DNA from: Polymyxa betae A26-41
Lineage: Eukaryota > Protista > Endomyxa: Phytomyxea
Length of the DNA: 64,000 nucleotides
Assembly: GCA_003693705.1 (NCBI GenBank)
Contig: RBZT01000404.1
Span: 1-64,000, forward strand
Reading direction: 5' to 3'
The position numbers were made by a program, and so were the translations under genes. Within the stretch, counting starts at the first letter, position 1. Each line of letters opens with the position of its first letter. Of the stretch, positions 25,210-37,700 are shown piece after piece. Below the pieces are notes generated by a model, which saw only the letters and a program-made list of their open reading frames with translations, had not been told where the DNA came from and searched no databases.

Positions 25210-27368
25210 TTACAATTCGTCATCCAGACGGGCTTCGCGGTCAGCCTCACGTTCAGCCGCCCGAATTCTTTCAACGTCAATCTTTCGGTATTTGGCTGCT
25301 TCCTCCTGCATGGATTTGATTTCTTCGGAGCTTAAGCGGCCGGTGTCGTGTTGAACTTCAACATTGGCCTTGGCGCCAGAGATCTTGTCGTGGGCAGTAA
25401 CGGTTAGGAGACCGTTGGCATTCAAATCGAAGCAGACATCGATTTTAGGAACACCCTTCTTGGCTTTCTGGATGCCGTTGATGGTGAATTCACCAAGCAG
25501 GTGGTTACCATCAGTAAATCCACGCTCGCCTTCAAAGATACGAATGTCGACACTGGTTTGGTAATCTTCAACGGTGGTGAACTCGTGGGACTTTCGGCAA
25601 GGAATGGAGGTGTTACGAGGAACGACAACAGCGAAGACACCGTTCTGGCACTCAATACCAAGAGACAGAGGGACGACATCAACCAGAAGCAGATTGTCAG
25701 TAGCAGAGCTACGCATTCCAGAGAGGATAGCACCCTGGATAGCAGCACCGATAGCAACAGCCTCATCAGGGTTAACAGACTTGCAGAGAACCTTGCCACC
25801 AAAGTATTCGGAGAGGATCTGCTGAACACGAGGAATACGGGTGGAACCACCGACCAGAACGATTTCATCAACTTCAGATCGCTCACACTTGGCATCACGA
25901 AGGACGCGCTCGACGGAGACCATGCAGCGCTGGAAAGTCTTATCACAGACCTCCTCGAGAGTAGCACGGCTCAGAGGGATAGAGATCTCCTCCTCACCCT
26001 CGACGGATACCTCCACGACGGTCGATTGACGAGAAGACAGCTCTCGTTTGGCAGTCTCACAAGCAGAACGAAGCTTGCGGATAGCCTTGTCGTTGCCCTT
26101 AAAGATATCCTTGCCGCGTTCTTTGGCGACCTTGCTCTGGACCCATTCGCTGAGCTCCGTGTCGAAATCTTCACCACCAAGGTGGGTATCACCAGCAGTA
26201 GCCTTCACCTCGAAGACACCATTGTGGATATGAAGCAATGAAACATCTAAAACATCATCTTAGGTAATATAGTGCTTGGAAGATGACGGGCCTTACCGAA
26301 AGTACCACCACCCAGATCGAAGACGAGAACGTTGGTTGCAGGAACTTCTTCAACTTCTTCAGAAAGAGAGTTCTTGGCCTTGATATCAAGACCGTAAGCC
26401 AAGGCGGCGGCGGTAGGTTCATTGATAATACGAAGAACGTCAAGACCAGCAATGGCACCGGCATCCTTGGTAAGACGACGCTGAGCATCATTGAAGTAAG
26501 CAGGAACGGTAATGACAGCCTTCTTGACGGGTCGGCCAAGAGCAGCTTCAGCTGTTTGCTTCATCTCTTCAAGAACCATAGCCGAGATCTGTTCAGCCTG
26601 GAACTGACGGTTGTCGACTTCGATGACAGGGCGACCGTTGGAAGCATGTTCGGTGACCTTGAAAGGCATGGACTTGATCTCGTCCAGACATTCATGGTAT
26701 TGCTGACCAATGATACGCTTAATGTTGAAGAGAGTTCGCTGAGTGTTTCCAGCAGCCTGGCGCTTGGCGCTGTCACCAACAACACGGCGACCATCTTCAG
26801 TAAAAGCAACCCAAGAAGGGGTGGTCAGGTTGCCATTAGCATTGGGCAGAACGTGAGCCTTGCCATCTTTCCAGACAGCAACACAGGAGAAGGTGGTACC
26901 CAGATCGATACCGATGACGGGCTCGTTGGCGAGTTCATGCTTGCTGATGGCGTCCTGAACTTGCTCGAGGCTGTCGAGAAGCTGGCGGCTTTCTCTGTCG
27001 TGTTCCAGACCCGATTCATAGGCAGTCTTGGCGTCATACAAACGGTCAAGCTTGAAAAGGGCATAGCCAAGACGGAGCCAGGCTTTAGACCAGGTCGGGT
27101 CCAGATCCACAGCAGCCTGAGCATCAGCAGCAGCTTCATCGAATTTGGACAAAGAAGCATAAGCAGCAGATCGGTTCGAGAAGAAGACCTTGTCTGTAGA
27201 GTCGGCTTTGATCGCCTGAGAAAAGTGATGGACAGCGCCTCGGAAATCGCCCTTTGAGAAGGCTTCATTTCCCTTGGCCTTGGCCTTGGCAGCCCATACT
27301 TTAGCCTCTGGAGTACCAGCTTCAGGCATCAGGTTCAGATCACGCATTGATTGGTGCAGATTCGACAT
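25210..27368 (-). CDS. TPR (HOP/STI1-like)-Hsp70 fusion protein, ~702 aa, with truncated lid and C-terminus LDDEL
   Basis: Three TPRs (AKAKGNEAF...FFSNRSAAY...WSKAWLRLG) are in the same exon as Hsp70 [24 protein letters not shown] and [11 protein letters not shown] single intron 26247-26296 restores DLGGGTF|DVS, followed by [19 protein letters not shown] and the linker [12 protein letters not shown]. Exons of 1072+1037 nt give 703 codons. Confidence 0.93.
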
Positions 27369-28566
27369 GATGGGATATTGATTTCTGGACTGAGAACCGA
27401 CTTGCAGAGTGTCCTTACAAGGTCTGACGCCAAGATCCGATCCCCAATTCTTCCAGGCCAAATTCCGGAGTCCGTGGCGGTATTGTGTAACTGCGCAACG
27501 GATCGATTTGGCCGGATTAGTTTACAGCCCGTCCTGCGACCTGAATCGTTAAACTTAAGCATGAGTTTGCCCTTGTCTAATCATAGCATCCTAACAGGTT
27601 GAACGAATTACCGATGGACATCATCTTATACGTATCTACTTATAAACTGATAGTGTTAGGATGACAATACGCTCTGATGACTTAACAGATTGTGAGCCTA
27701 ATCATATGAGTTCCAATATATGACCTTGTGCACTAATGTTATGGACGGTATCCCAACTGCGTGTTCGGACTTCATATCGGGCTCATTCTGCTTCTTCATA
27801 CAATCCATCATGTTCAGCTATCTATTCCATGTTGGAATCCCAGTACGAAGCATACATTGTAATGGCATATAAAGCGCTGTATGATCGGTGACCATTATGT
27901 TCATGAATCAAAATCATGGTGGTCACACTCGATCTACGGCCGTCGCAATCTGCCCATATTTGATTATTTCGCATCATCATTACTGCATCTTACCATGCAG
28001 TAATATGGTGATTATTTAGCGATTCAGAATCTCCTGTATCACAGTCTATGAGATGCTGGAGCGAAACATCGCTATATTGAATGTATCTGATGATATATGG
28101 TTGCTGCTATAACCGTGGTCCATTGATCTCTTTTAAAATAGTCATGTGAGACCCCCGAGTAGCATTTACATTCTTTATCAATCAGTTTCCTATGATTTCT
28201 ATGGGATATCATAGATCCCCATTGATTTCACTGTATGATTGATGCCCATGTCCTGTATGCTAAGTCGTCATTCTATTATACTCTATATGATGTTGTCGAT
28301 GTTGACCAGGACCAGATTAACTCAGAGACTCTAGTTCTGCATTTAATTCCACACATTCATCATATTAATGGAATTATATTTCATTCGGTCTCACATCACC
28401 TCTCTCACTTCGTCATCACTGTATAATACACTGCATATGTTCTATCACACACACAAACACCTCTATGGGACTTTTGGTAGTTAGTCCAGATGCTGCTTGT
28501 TAGCTAACTTAGAATGGTACGGTCCTATCGAGTCGCCAGCTTTCTTGCTCGTTGTCGCGTCACGAT

Positions 28567-31500
28567 ATGGGCAGCATGTACAGCCTGGAGCCCATCAACG
28601 GTCAGATCTTGTCAGCATCGTGTCTTGCTCTGTTGTGACAGCTGGAATAAAGTGAATCTGCACGACCTCAATCATGCACTACGACAGCTGCGAAAGGTCG
28701 AGCCAGGGTTGGCGATCGGTGCCATAACCCGAGACCAGTTTATTACTAGTTTCACTTGTGTGCCTGATTCTGCATCTGTTTTCGATCGATTTGATTCCGA
28801 TGGAGACCGACGTAATGATGTTGCTGAACTACTCTCTATATTGATATTATGTGCTGATGGTGATCTCGCTGGCAAATGCACAAGTTGGTCACTGGATGCC
28901 ATATGCTGTCTGGACATCCCAATTGATGTTATTGTTTATCGCCAGGTGTGTTCCAGTTATACGATTTCGATCAGAATGGAATACTATCAAGAAGTGAGCT
29001 CGTACTATTAATTCGTGGTATGACAGCTGTTCCAGGATAGAATTATTTTTGCTAATTATGATGTCATCAGGCACATTACGAGCATTAGCCAAGGCGTCAT
29101 CATCATTACGTATGCCACGTCTGTACATCATTGAAGAAACGGTTCAGAATGTGAGCAAAATTTCACTGCTATATGAACCATTGATATTGTGATTGATAGA
29201 TTCTGGAGGCAGATCCTCATGATATCCAGGAATCGGTATCGATGACCAGATTCACACAATGGTGTCTTAAATCGGCCACATTCACATCTTTAATCGAATC
29301 CATTCGTAAACCGAGTCCTGTTCCCAGTCTGGTTTTCGATTCGATCGAGGAGAATTGCATCGGCGGCCACAGCAAATCTCTGGTATATATATGTTGAGAT
29401 TGCAACAATACGGCTGATACGAGATTAACTATCATGATGTAGGGCCGAATTCGAGGTCGATACACCTGCTATGAACCGACACCCGTAATATAATGAACTA
29501 ATGTTATCAGGTTGTTGGAGAGAAGGTCTATGTGCAGGTCTAAATTCAGCTGATAATCCTCAGGTTAGTGCCTCCAATCATCTCTATCTACAATCTAAGC
29601 CCGTGTTGTGCCTGAACCACAGTTTTTACTTCGTCTGAAATATCGATCCAGAGCCCGCTCCTCATCCCAAATGGTCAGCATCGTTTTAGAACGTGATCGT
29701 CTCTGCTCGGAATCGTCATCGTCACATACGCCTATGTACCTGTATCTATTCCGAGCCAAAAGCCGTTCATCTGGTCGTCTCCTGGATCTGTCATCGAACG
29801 AGCTTGTGGCAGTGACCCAGGCAGTGACAAGTGACACAGCTCATATCAATGTTAAACCTGTAGATAGTGATGTGTATATAATAATGGCGTGCCTTCAAAT
29901 ACGCAATCATACAGCCTCCTTCCATGTCAATGTTCATTCACAGGGACATCTAAGACCTTATCTATATGAACTTCCATTCATACAGACTCGTATCTGTAAG
30001 CTATGGTCAGGACAACATGCCAAGACGCCTCCCATCTCGGTCCAATTGGCGCCCAAACAATCGATTCGCATCGATCTCATTCAGCATAATTCGCCAGCGA
30101 TGGCGTCTTTAGATGCAGAGATGGATCGTGGAGCCAAGGTCGCCTTACGCTCTATTGACCGTCATGATCGTGGACGATATCTTGTACAGAATCTCTCGCC
30201 TGATTGGCAGTATATTAGGCTATCTCCGAAATCGTCATCTACAAAGGGTTCGTTCGAGATCGTTATCATATCCGATGATAATGTCAATGGCCGTCCTAAA
30301 ATCATGCCTTCGTAAGAATCAGCTGTAGTATAAGTTTCTCTTTTCAAATTGGTTGTTTTTTGTGTTTTACTTCTAGTTTTTGAAACGATGGTTTAGAGCG
30401 AATTCGACTGTGGTTGGCTACTGGCGCCCAGACGTCCTTCGGCAGATCTTGGTCCGATTTGTTGAACCGAAATCCGGCCTCGAACGCGTTCAGTTCGTCT
30501 TACAACTTCATGATATGAGAAGCAGCGAATCTAGCCTGTGTCTATGTTTATATCGAGTTGAAGAAGCGATAGGTCAAGTTAATCTATGTCGGCTACAAGT
30601 GCTGGCCCAATCTAGATTTGTATCTGGGACGGATTCAGTGTCATTAGATGTATCTCTGGCTACATCACAGATCTATATATTAGTCCCAATTATAGACAAA
30701 TCTCTTGATTTAACTCAGTTTACAGTGACATGTCAATCTCGATTTCAAGATCAGCTTCAGCTCCAGCTATTACCAGATCTATATCGAGTATCGGCCACTG
30801 GAACTTGTTCGGATGACGTCCAATACAATCAGCCACAGTTTCTTATCTCATGCTCTACTTTCGTCATGGTCAGGATCGCCATCATTGCCGATCAGGAGCA
30901 ACACATGTATGGATGTCGTCTGTATCGTTCAGGGAGTGGATCACGAACTGCTTTTCGACGCAAATTTCTCGTTGATGAAGACCTTTTAATGGAATCGGAT
31001 CAAGGTGGATCTGTTATACTTTACATGGAGCCCAGATTGACATCCTCCATCATAATTGTTATTCATGGGCCTCCTGGGCACTTCAAAATCGTACGTATGA
31101 TTTTGTTATGACCAAGACATACCAATTCAGTGACTTTTCCTTTCAGAATGTGACCTGTAGCTTACCTGTCAAATTTGAGCAATTATCGGGATCAGATGGA
31201 CCGAGACCGGTCGTTGAAGCGACTTGCGACGATGGCTTCTTATCTATGAAAAACGATTCCATTGTGAAGGTCTGCGAGCGTGCCGAGCTCAGATTCACAG
31301 ATTCTGAGTTCATTCCATCGCCTTCAACGCTCGGCTATGGCATAGACGATTGCCTGCGAGGATGGATGCGAATGGCAGATATTGCAGATCAGCCGCGTCT
31401 ATTCGATGAAGTCATCGATCTACATGATATAGAGATACACATGAAGGCATTCAGTTGCATTGTTCAGGCATTATCTGCTCTGGCTGTAAAAACTGATCTG

Positions 31501-32709
31501 ACATCATTCCTTCGTCGGATCTTCTCTACGAAGCAGGTCTCATACTGGTCTGTCTACAATTTGAATCTGTATCATATCGAGCTTCAGAAATGGGTTCAAA
31601 TTGTCACTGATGATTATGTCCCTGTTGACTATTCGCATCAGCCCTACTTCGTTCGATATCGTGATCCGGAAGTTATCTGGTTACCTTTACTTGTCAAAGC
31701 ATTGGCTAAATTACATGGAAGCTACAAGAACCTGAGTGAGCAGACCGATGTTGGCCGCCTGCTTGAGATCTTAACTGGTGAAAAACCTCTAGTATTGACC
31801 GATTTCGATATCGATCGCATCGCTGTGATATGCCCAGATCCTAGTTTTAGCATTCTCGCCATCCCGCATCTATCCAACACCAATATAGATTTGCTATTGC
31901 CATGGCATCAAGCTTATATTCTCAGTGAAATACGCCAGTCGAATGATGGACAAATACGATTAGCGGTTGTTCGACGCATTTGGGGTCGATTTGAATCATT
32001 TCGAGGAAAGTGGGCCAATGAAAGCGATCTTTGGACGTCTGTCTTGAAGAGCGATCTGGGATTTGATGAAATCGGCACCGATTCATTCTTCGCCGATCCT
32101 GTTGAGCTGGCGTTGATGTTTAAATACGTCTATATTGTTAGAGTCCCCAAGCCCAGCAATATTTTTGTAAGGCTTGTATCAGTGTGCTGCATCAAATATG
32201 CTAATAATAGGATTTGCTTGTAGAAATTTCTGACGAGCCAGGAAGGTGTATGGCACAAGTCACTATCAAATGGTATTGGATCTGTTCACAATCCGCAGTG
32301 GATGTTCGCAACGAAGCGTGTCTCTGTCGTCATCGCATTATCAACTGGATTCCGAGATAGAACGCACCAGGCCACCATAAGCTTGATTCTATGCCGAATT
32401 CGAGGCAAGCTTCCTTTGACCGACCTCAATGAACAGGACATCATTTCCAAAAACGATGCTGAAGGAAGTAAATGCAGTCAAATTGAAGTGACATTGCCTG
32501 GATCACGATCTGGAAAACCAGCTTTGTATGGGATTATTGCTTGGTTTGGCGGTCTGCCTGGCGAAAATCTTCAGGCAGCTTTCACTTTAACCGTTAAATC
32601 CACCGAGCGTATATTTCTGTCACGTTCACAGTTTGTTACTCAAGAATTGGCAGCTGACGTGCTCAGGAATAGACCCGACATTCTGAGGATACCCACTCTT
32701 ATTCGCTAG
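28567..32709 (+). CDS. EF-hand + calpain-III repeats + degenerate CysPc calpain-like protein
   Basis: EF-hands FDRFDSDGD and YDFDQNGILSRSEL; C2L/domain III openings (CWREG...NPQ-FLL, YNQPQFLI, HNPQWMF); CysPc landmarks FTDSEF, WVQIVTDDYVP, WLPLLVKALAKLHGSYKNL and LEILTG. The start (MGSMYS) is inferred. Confidence 0.75.
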
Positions 32710-32740
32710 ATAAACAGCGTACTAAAAGATATGATATCGT

Positions 32741-34631
32741 TCATTTGGATTTTTTGAAGGGAACGCGAAACTTTTTTTTCACTGGAATTCGCCGAATTTC
32801 AGATCTGGCCATTGTATCGGCGTGCGGCTCCCGCTGTATGGAGACAGGGACAAGACCTCTGCGAATAATTTCTGCCACCGAATCTGATCAATGCTCTAAA
32901 ATTATCTACTTAACAGGCCATCGAACATCATCTTCACCTTGAATCGATGTCGAAAGAAGATTGCTTGTGAAGTCCTCAATCGGTGCCTGCGGCTTCTCAA
33001 TATATTGCGATGCATTTGGTTTGCTCAAGCTTCACACCTGTTCCAGGATTGATTCGAATTGCTCGATCAAATTCTGGTCAAGAAGAGCACCGCTGCTTGT
33101 CAGCATATCTGAAACTGACCTGAGTTCGTCAGTAAACGCGATCCTCTGTTACATATTGTGATCCAAGCAATGAGCGTGTTTGGCGGGCTCAGTACCTTCA
33201 AAAGAGCATGTTCTATTACAATGTGCTTTTCCTGCTCAGAAGAACTTGTTGAGGTAAAAGGGAGAAGCACATAAGCGCTATCCGATGGAGGTGATGTGTG
33301 TTTGCGTCGATCGGTCATCGAATGCTGCTCACACAATGGGTTAGCCATTGTGATTACAGCAGCTTTGTTCTCCTGCCATAAATACTCAAGTAACTGATGC
33401 CACCATGCATCTTCAAGTCGGTCAGTTTCTGTGCATTGCCGTATCAGCAGCGGCTTAAAACTTTCTAAGGCCAGGGTTCGTTAGGTGAATATGAATGTAC
33501 CTTTCCAACTGTCAGTGCTGGGTTTATCTCCTGTTTCGGAACAATGGCGATGATGGATCCTGATAGCGTATCTTTTGAATGTACGGGTCTTAGAATCTGG
33601 TTCCTCATTGTGTACAATCCGCGCCCGATTTTGAAAACTTCGCAAGTTTGCATACATGCATGCGTCTTCAATTTGGGACATTTCCTGGGGTACCGGCGAT
33701 GGCATCTGCAAACACTGACGACAGTTGGAAGTTCGAGTCTTGAGTAGATTGGTCGTACGTTCGCCGTAACTTTGAAAGAAGCCTCTAGGTTGCAAGTAAT
33801 TTCCAAAACCCTGCCTCTTCTGGACATGTCGTTGTCATTTAGCTCTTGAAATATGGCTTGGATGTCTTGCAAGTCTACATTAACGATATTATGACTTATA
33901 TAGGATGATAAGTGGAAATACCATTTCGGGCGAGTGCTAACTGTAGATTTGTATAAGCGCTCAGACGATTTCTCAATTGAATAATCTTAGATACGGCCTG
34001 TTGGATAGGAGATCCCATAGAGCATGTGATGAAGGAAATGTTCACTTCTGGCAAAGCCTCCACCAATTCTAAAGTCGATTTAGAGAAAAAACAGGATTGA
34101 ATGGCAAGAGGAGAGAAGAACAACACATCTGACAATCCTTGACTTGGGGAACCTTTCAAAAATTCGTGTAGCTTTATGAGCTCCTGCAAGATAGAGGCAT
34201 CTAGTTGGATTCAAAATCAATTTAGAGACATTCTTGTGTTATACTCGATAGCGACTTAGTGGATGCAGCTGCAGATCGACTCGAGGAGCAGGATGGTAAC
34301 CACTTCAATGCATCATATGATTCTTGTAGACCATATGGTGGAGCCAGCAGCATGTGACTTCCTTTTTCTGTTAGTTGTGGGCAGATCAGTATATACATCG
34401 TCGGAACAAGCAAATTTCCAATATCAGGTCCGCCATTTGACCAAGTTCTCTGCTGGCATTGAAAATGCAACTGCATACGTACGTGTAAATGCACCCAATA
34501 ATGACGAACCCTCTATCAATTACCTGGTCCCGTAACGCTATTCGAAGCTGACTATGAAATTCTTGAGCACAGACTGGGGACATGTTCTGAGACAAGCGCA
34601 GGTCGATGACAATGGCTGTCGCTGATCTCAT
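32741..34631 (-). CDS. Multi-exon hypothetical protein, possibly M1AP/vWA-Ku-like
   Basis: Same-strand ORF chain with intron-sized gaps. N-terminal TAIVIDL is a vWA-like first strand; C-terminal PLLIR...WWHQLLEYL...SAYVLLPF...ALLKVL loosely recalls M1AP. The family call is weak. Confidence 0.45.
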
Positions 34632-34718
34632 CTTAGATATCTGATGTTCACACAGATATAACGTCTCTGCATCATGATAGAGCCCATATTGCTGTACTCT
34701 GTGTACTGTCATTCCATC

Positions 34719-37700
34719 ATGTTATGTTACTGTCCAACATATCATAAACACGTTACTTCTACTTCATTCAGTAAACAGGGTCTGAGCGTGTCTGAAATAC
34801 ACTGCAATGTGATATCGAACATCGAACTTCCAGCATCACAGACGTTGGAATATCGTGAGCTCAGCTACTATGCAGATACAGTGAATGAAAGAAGTCCTAT
34901 TCCATGGGATGAACGCAGCTGGCTGGTAATGAAATTGGTTTGGATGATCGATGCTGGTGCAGTCTCGGGAGGCGAGTAGGCTGCTGGGTGTTTTTAACCG
35001 TGTTTGCATGCTTGTTTATCAACCCATCATATCAGTGGTAGACTTGCCGATAAAGTTGTTTCGAGGCTGATTTTATACCCCGTTGATATTTTAACAGCTC
35101 TGAGATTGGAAGTAAATCACCCATCAGAAGCTTTGAAGGCCATGCCCTTTCGAAAAAGCGCCGCCTGTCCGGTAGTCAAATCGACTTGGGACAAGACCAA
35201 ATCCAAAACCTTTTCAATTGCGTTTTTGAAAGTACAAAATGAAGAAACATGGCATGCTACCAGTACCAGTAGAAAGATATGCAGGCCGACAGGTTGAATG
35301 GCGGAATCCTGAGAAAGAATAAGCCATCGGTCGCATGTAATTGGATGTGTTCTCACATCAAACAGCTGACACAAATATGTTTATTTCGGTTTCATGCATG
35401 ATCCGATGTGATTATCCATTCGAAAAAAAATGCCTCAGCTTCACTCAATGAAGTTGTGGTAATTTTTTGATCTGTTTGTTCCTATCAACAAAACTATATT
35501 GTCATTGTGGTTAGGACAGACAATCGTTCCGTTTTCATCTACGCTTTCAAACTGTTATGTCCAAAATCAAGAATGTTGCTGTCAAGCTTTTAAAAAAGTG
35601 CCCTTACGTCAACAATACGGTATATCGATTGATAGTGTTACTAAACGAGTTAATAGAAGTGTTATTATGAGATTATTGAGATTATACACTAAGACCGGCA
35701 TGTGCTCTTCGTATTCTGGAGAGCACCATCAAATAGATCGTTACACGCTCTATTCATTTAGTAGGATCAGCAAGAACAGGCCATGGACCAGATTAATGAA
35801 AATCCTTTACACATATCGATCATTACTTCAAGGTGCTTCTTGGTTTCCGACGTTTTGATGTTGCCACATACAATCATCAGAGCAAGCAGAATTTCAGTCA
35901 ACATAATGATCCAGTTGACAAAGTGAGCTGTGTTGCTCTAAGATGCCTTATCGTGTTTTATGAGATACATATCATACCAAGCACACTTTGTTAACTACGT
36001 TCCAATTTCGTCAATCACCGCCGATCACTTCTTTCGAATCATCTCTGAGCTCCGATGTAACATTCGAATGGATTCCTGTTTGCAATCATTTGACCTCATA
36101 TAAACGTCTTCAATTCCTTGAATGGATATCAAAATATCGCCAAGTACCATCACGATCACGTAAAATCATCGCCGGTTGCATACATAGGTTCTGATGTTCT
36201 CGTCAGGACAGGATGTCATTTATTCACCAGCAAGAAAACCTGATTCGAAATCAGCCGTTAAAATCGCCCAGCTTCAGGAGCTGATCCTGGCATTAGACGA
36301 GCTAGCAATCGAGACCGATGGTGGCACATATCCCGAATGGATATTCTCAGAAGTCAAGGATCTATATACATTGCTGCGTTCGACATTCGAGCGTCTCATC
36401 AATGGCGATATGGTGCAGACGACACGCCAGGAACTGCTCGATAAAGTATATCGAATTCGTAATGGGATTGAAGATATTAAACTGGAAGCCAAGCCCGAGT
36501 CACGTAAGGTAACATAACACTATCATATTGAATGGAGAGAATATCAGCTGATACATTTCATCATATTGTAATTAGAGTCGAAGTTCGTCACCACGACGTG
36601 AACCTCGACTAACGCCACTGATATCGCATTGTACTGGAGCCGAATATTGTAAGAAGGTATTCCATACGCAGCGACAGCGAGGGCGCTGGGTTCACACACC
36701 AGGGCCTCCCAATCCGCCTCCAGAAACGGCTCGAAACCATCAGTCACGACGATGGCTGCTCGAAACTGCTGCCCTATCTGGCCGGAAACTCAAGGTAATC
36801 TGTACTTTTTCTGTGTCCTAGATTCAGGGGTGTAATCTTATGCAGTCCACAAAAAAACAATCCAAATTAGATCTGCAATTACTGCTGCTGAAAGATCGAG
36901 CGCGAAACCTGGAACAACAGCTTCATTCGGAATTGCGACGGGAATTGCGATCTGAGCAGGCTTTGTCTCGATTACGTGAAGGTAATCATTAATCGACAAT
37001 ACAGAAATGACGCTGATACCGTTGGTAGAAGATCGATGGGGATTTCAACAGATGCTGGACAAGTTAGATGATCTGGGCGAGATTTTGAAATATCGCCCAG
37101 TTCAAAGACCGGAATCCCCCGCCCCCGTTCAACCTCCACCTCATCCTAGACGCGAAATCGTTGTTGATAACAGCCGCATTGATGAACTTGAATTAGAGCT
37201 CCACGATATTAGAAAGCGCTACAGCAAAGATGTTACTGACCGTGAAGGTCATTAGTGACTCTATTCGTCACATTTCGTTTTGTGTTCTTAACTCTGCACA
37301 ATTTTATTTGAGTCAAAGTGTTTGAATGTTTTGTTTGCTCATAATTGCTGATTGGAAATAGCACGCATTGAATCGTTGATGCAAGAAATAAAAACTCTGC
37401 GCTTGCAAATCGAAGAATTAAGAAGGGTAATCGCTTTTATTGACTCTTTATTGTTCTGAGTCTAATCAGACAAAATTGGAACTCGAAAACGAAATTGCAC
37501 GGTTAAAAGCTGATTATGGTAGTGATAAGAGACTCTTGCAAGACAAATTCGACAGGTTCCTGGGTAATTGTCAGATCCAATCAATATCTTAGCAGGAGAC
37601 AGGCTTCAAGAGAATGTCAGAGAACTGACACGATCCGAAAGGCGTCTTACCAAACGCGAACGTCAACTTACTGAAGACAAGGATGATTCAGAAAGGCGTC

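Noticed and set aside
25210-25224. Calling the Hsp70 an ER BiP because of the terminal DDEL
   Set aside because: There is no signal peptide, the N-terminus carries a cytosolic-type TPR, and the lid is missing.
25501-27257. Long plus-strand ORFs (246 aa and 324 aa)
   Set aside because: They are antisense shadows of the codon-biased Hsp70 gene, a well-known effect, and show no independent protein features.
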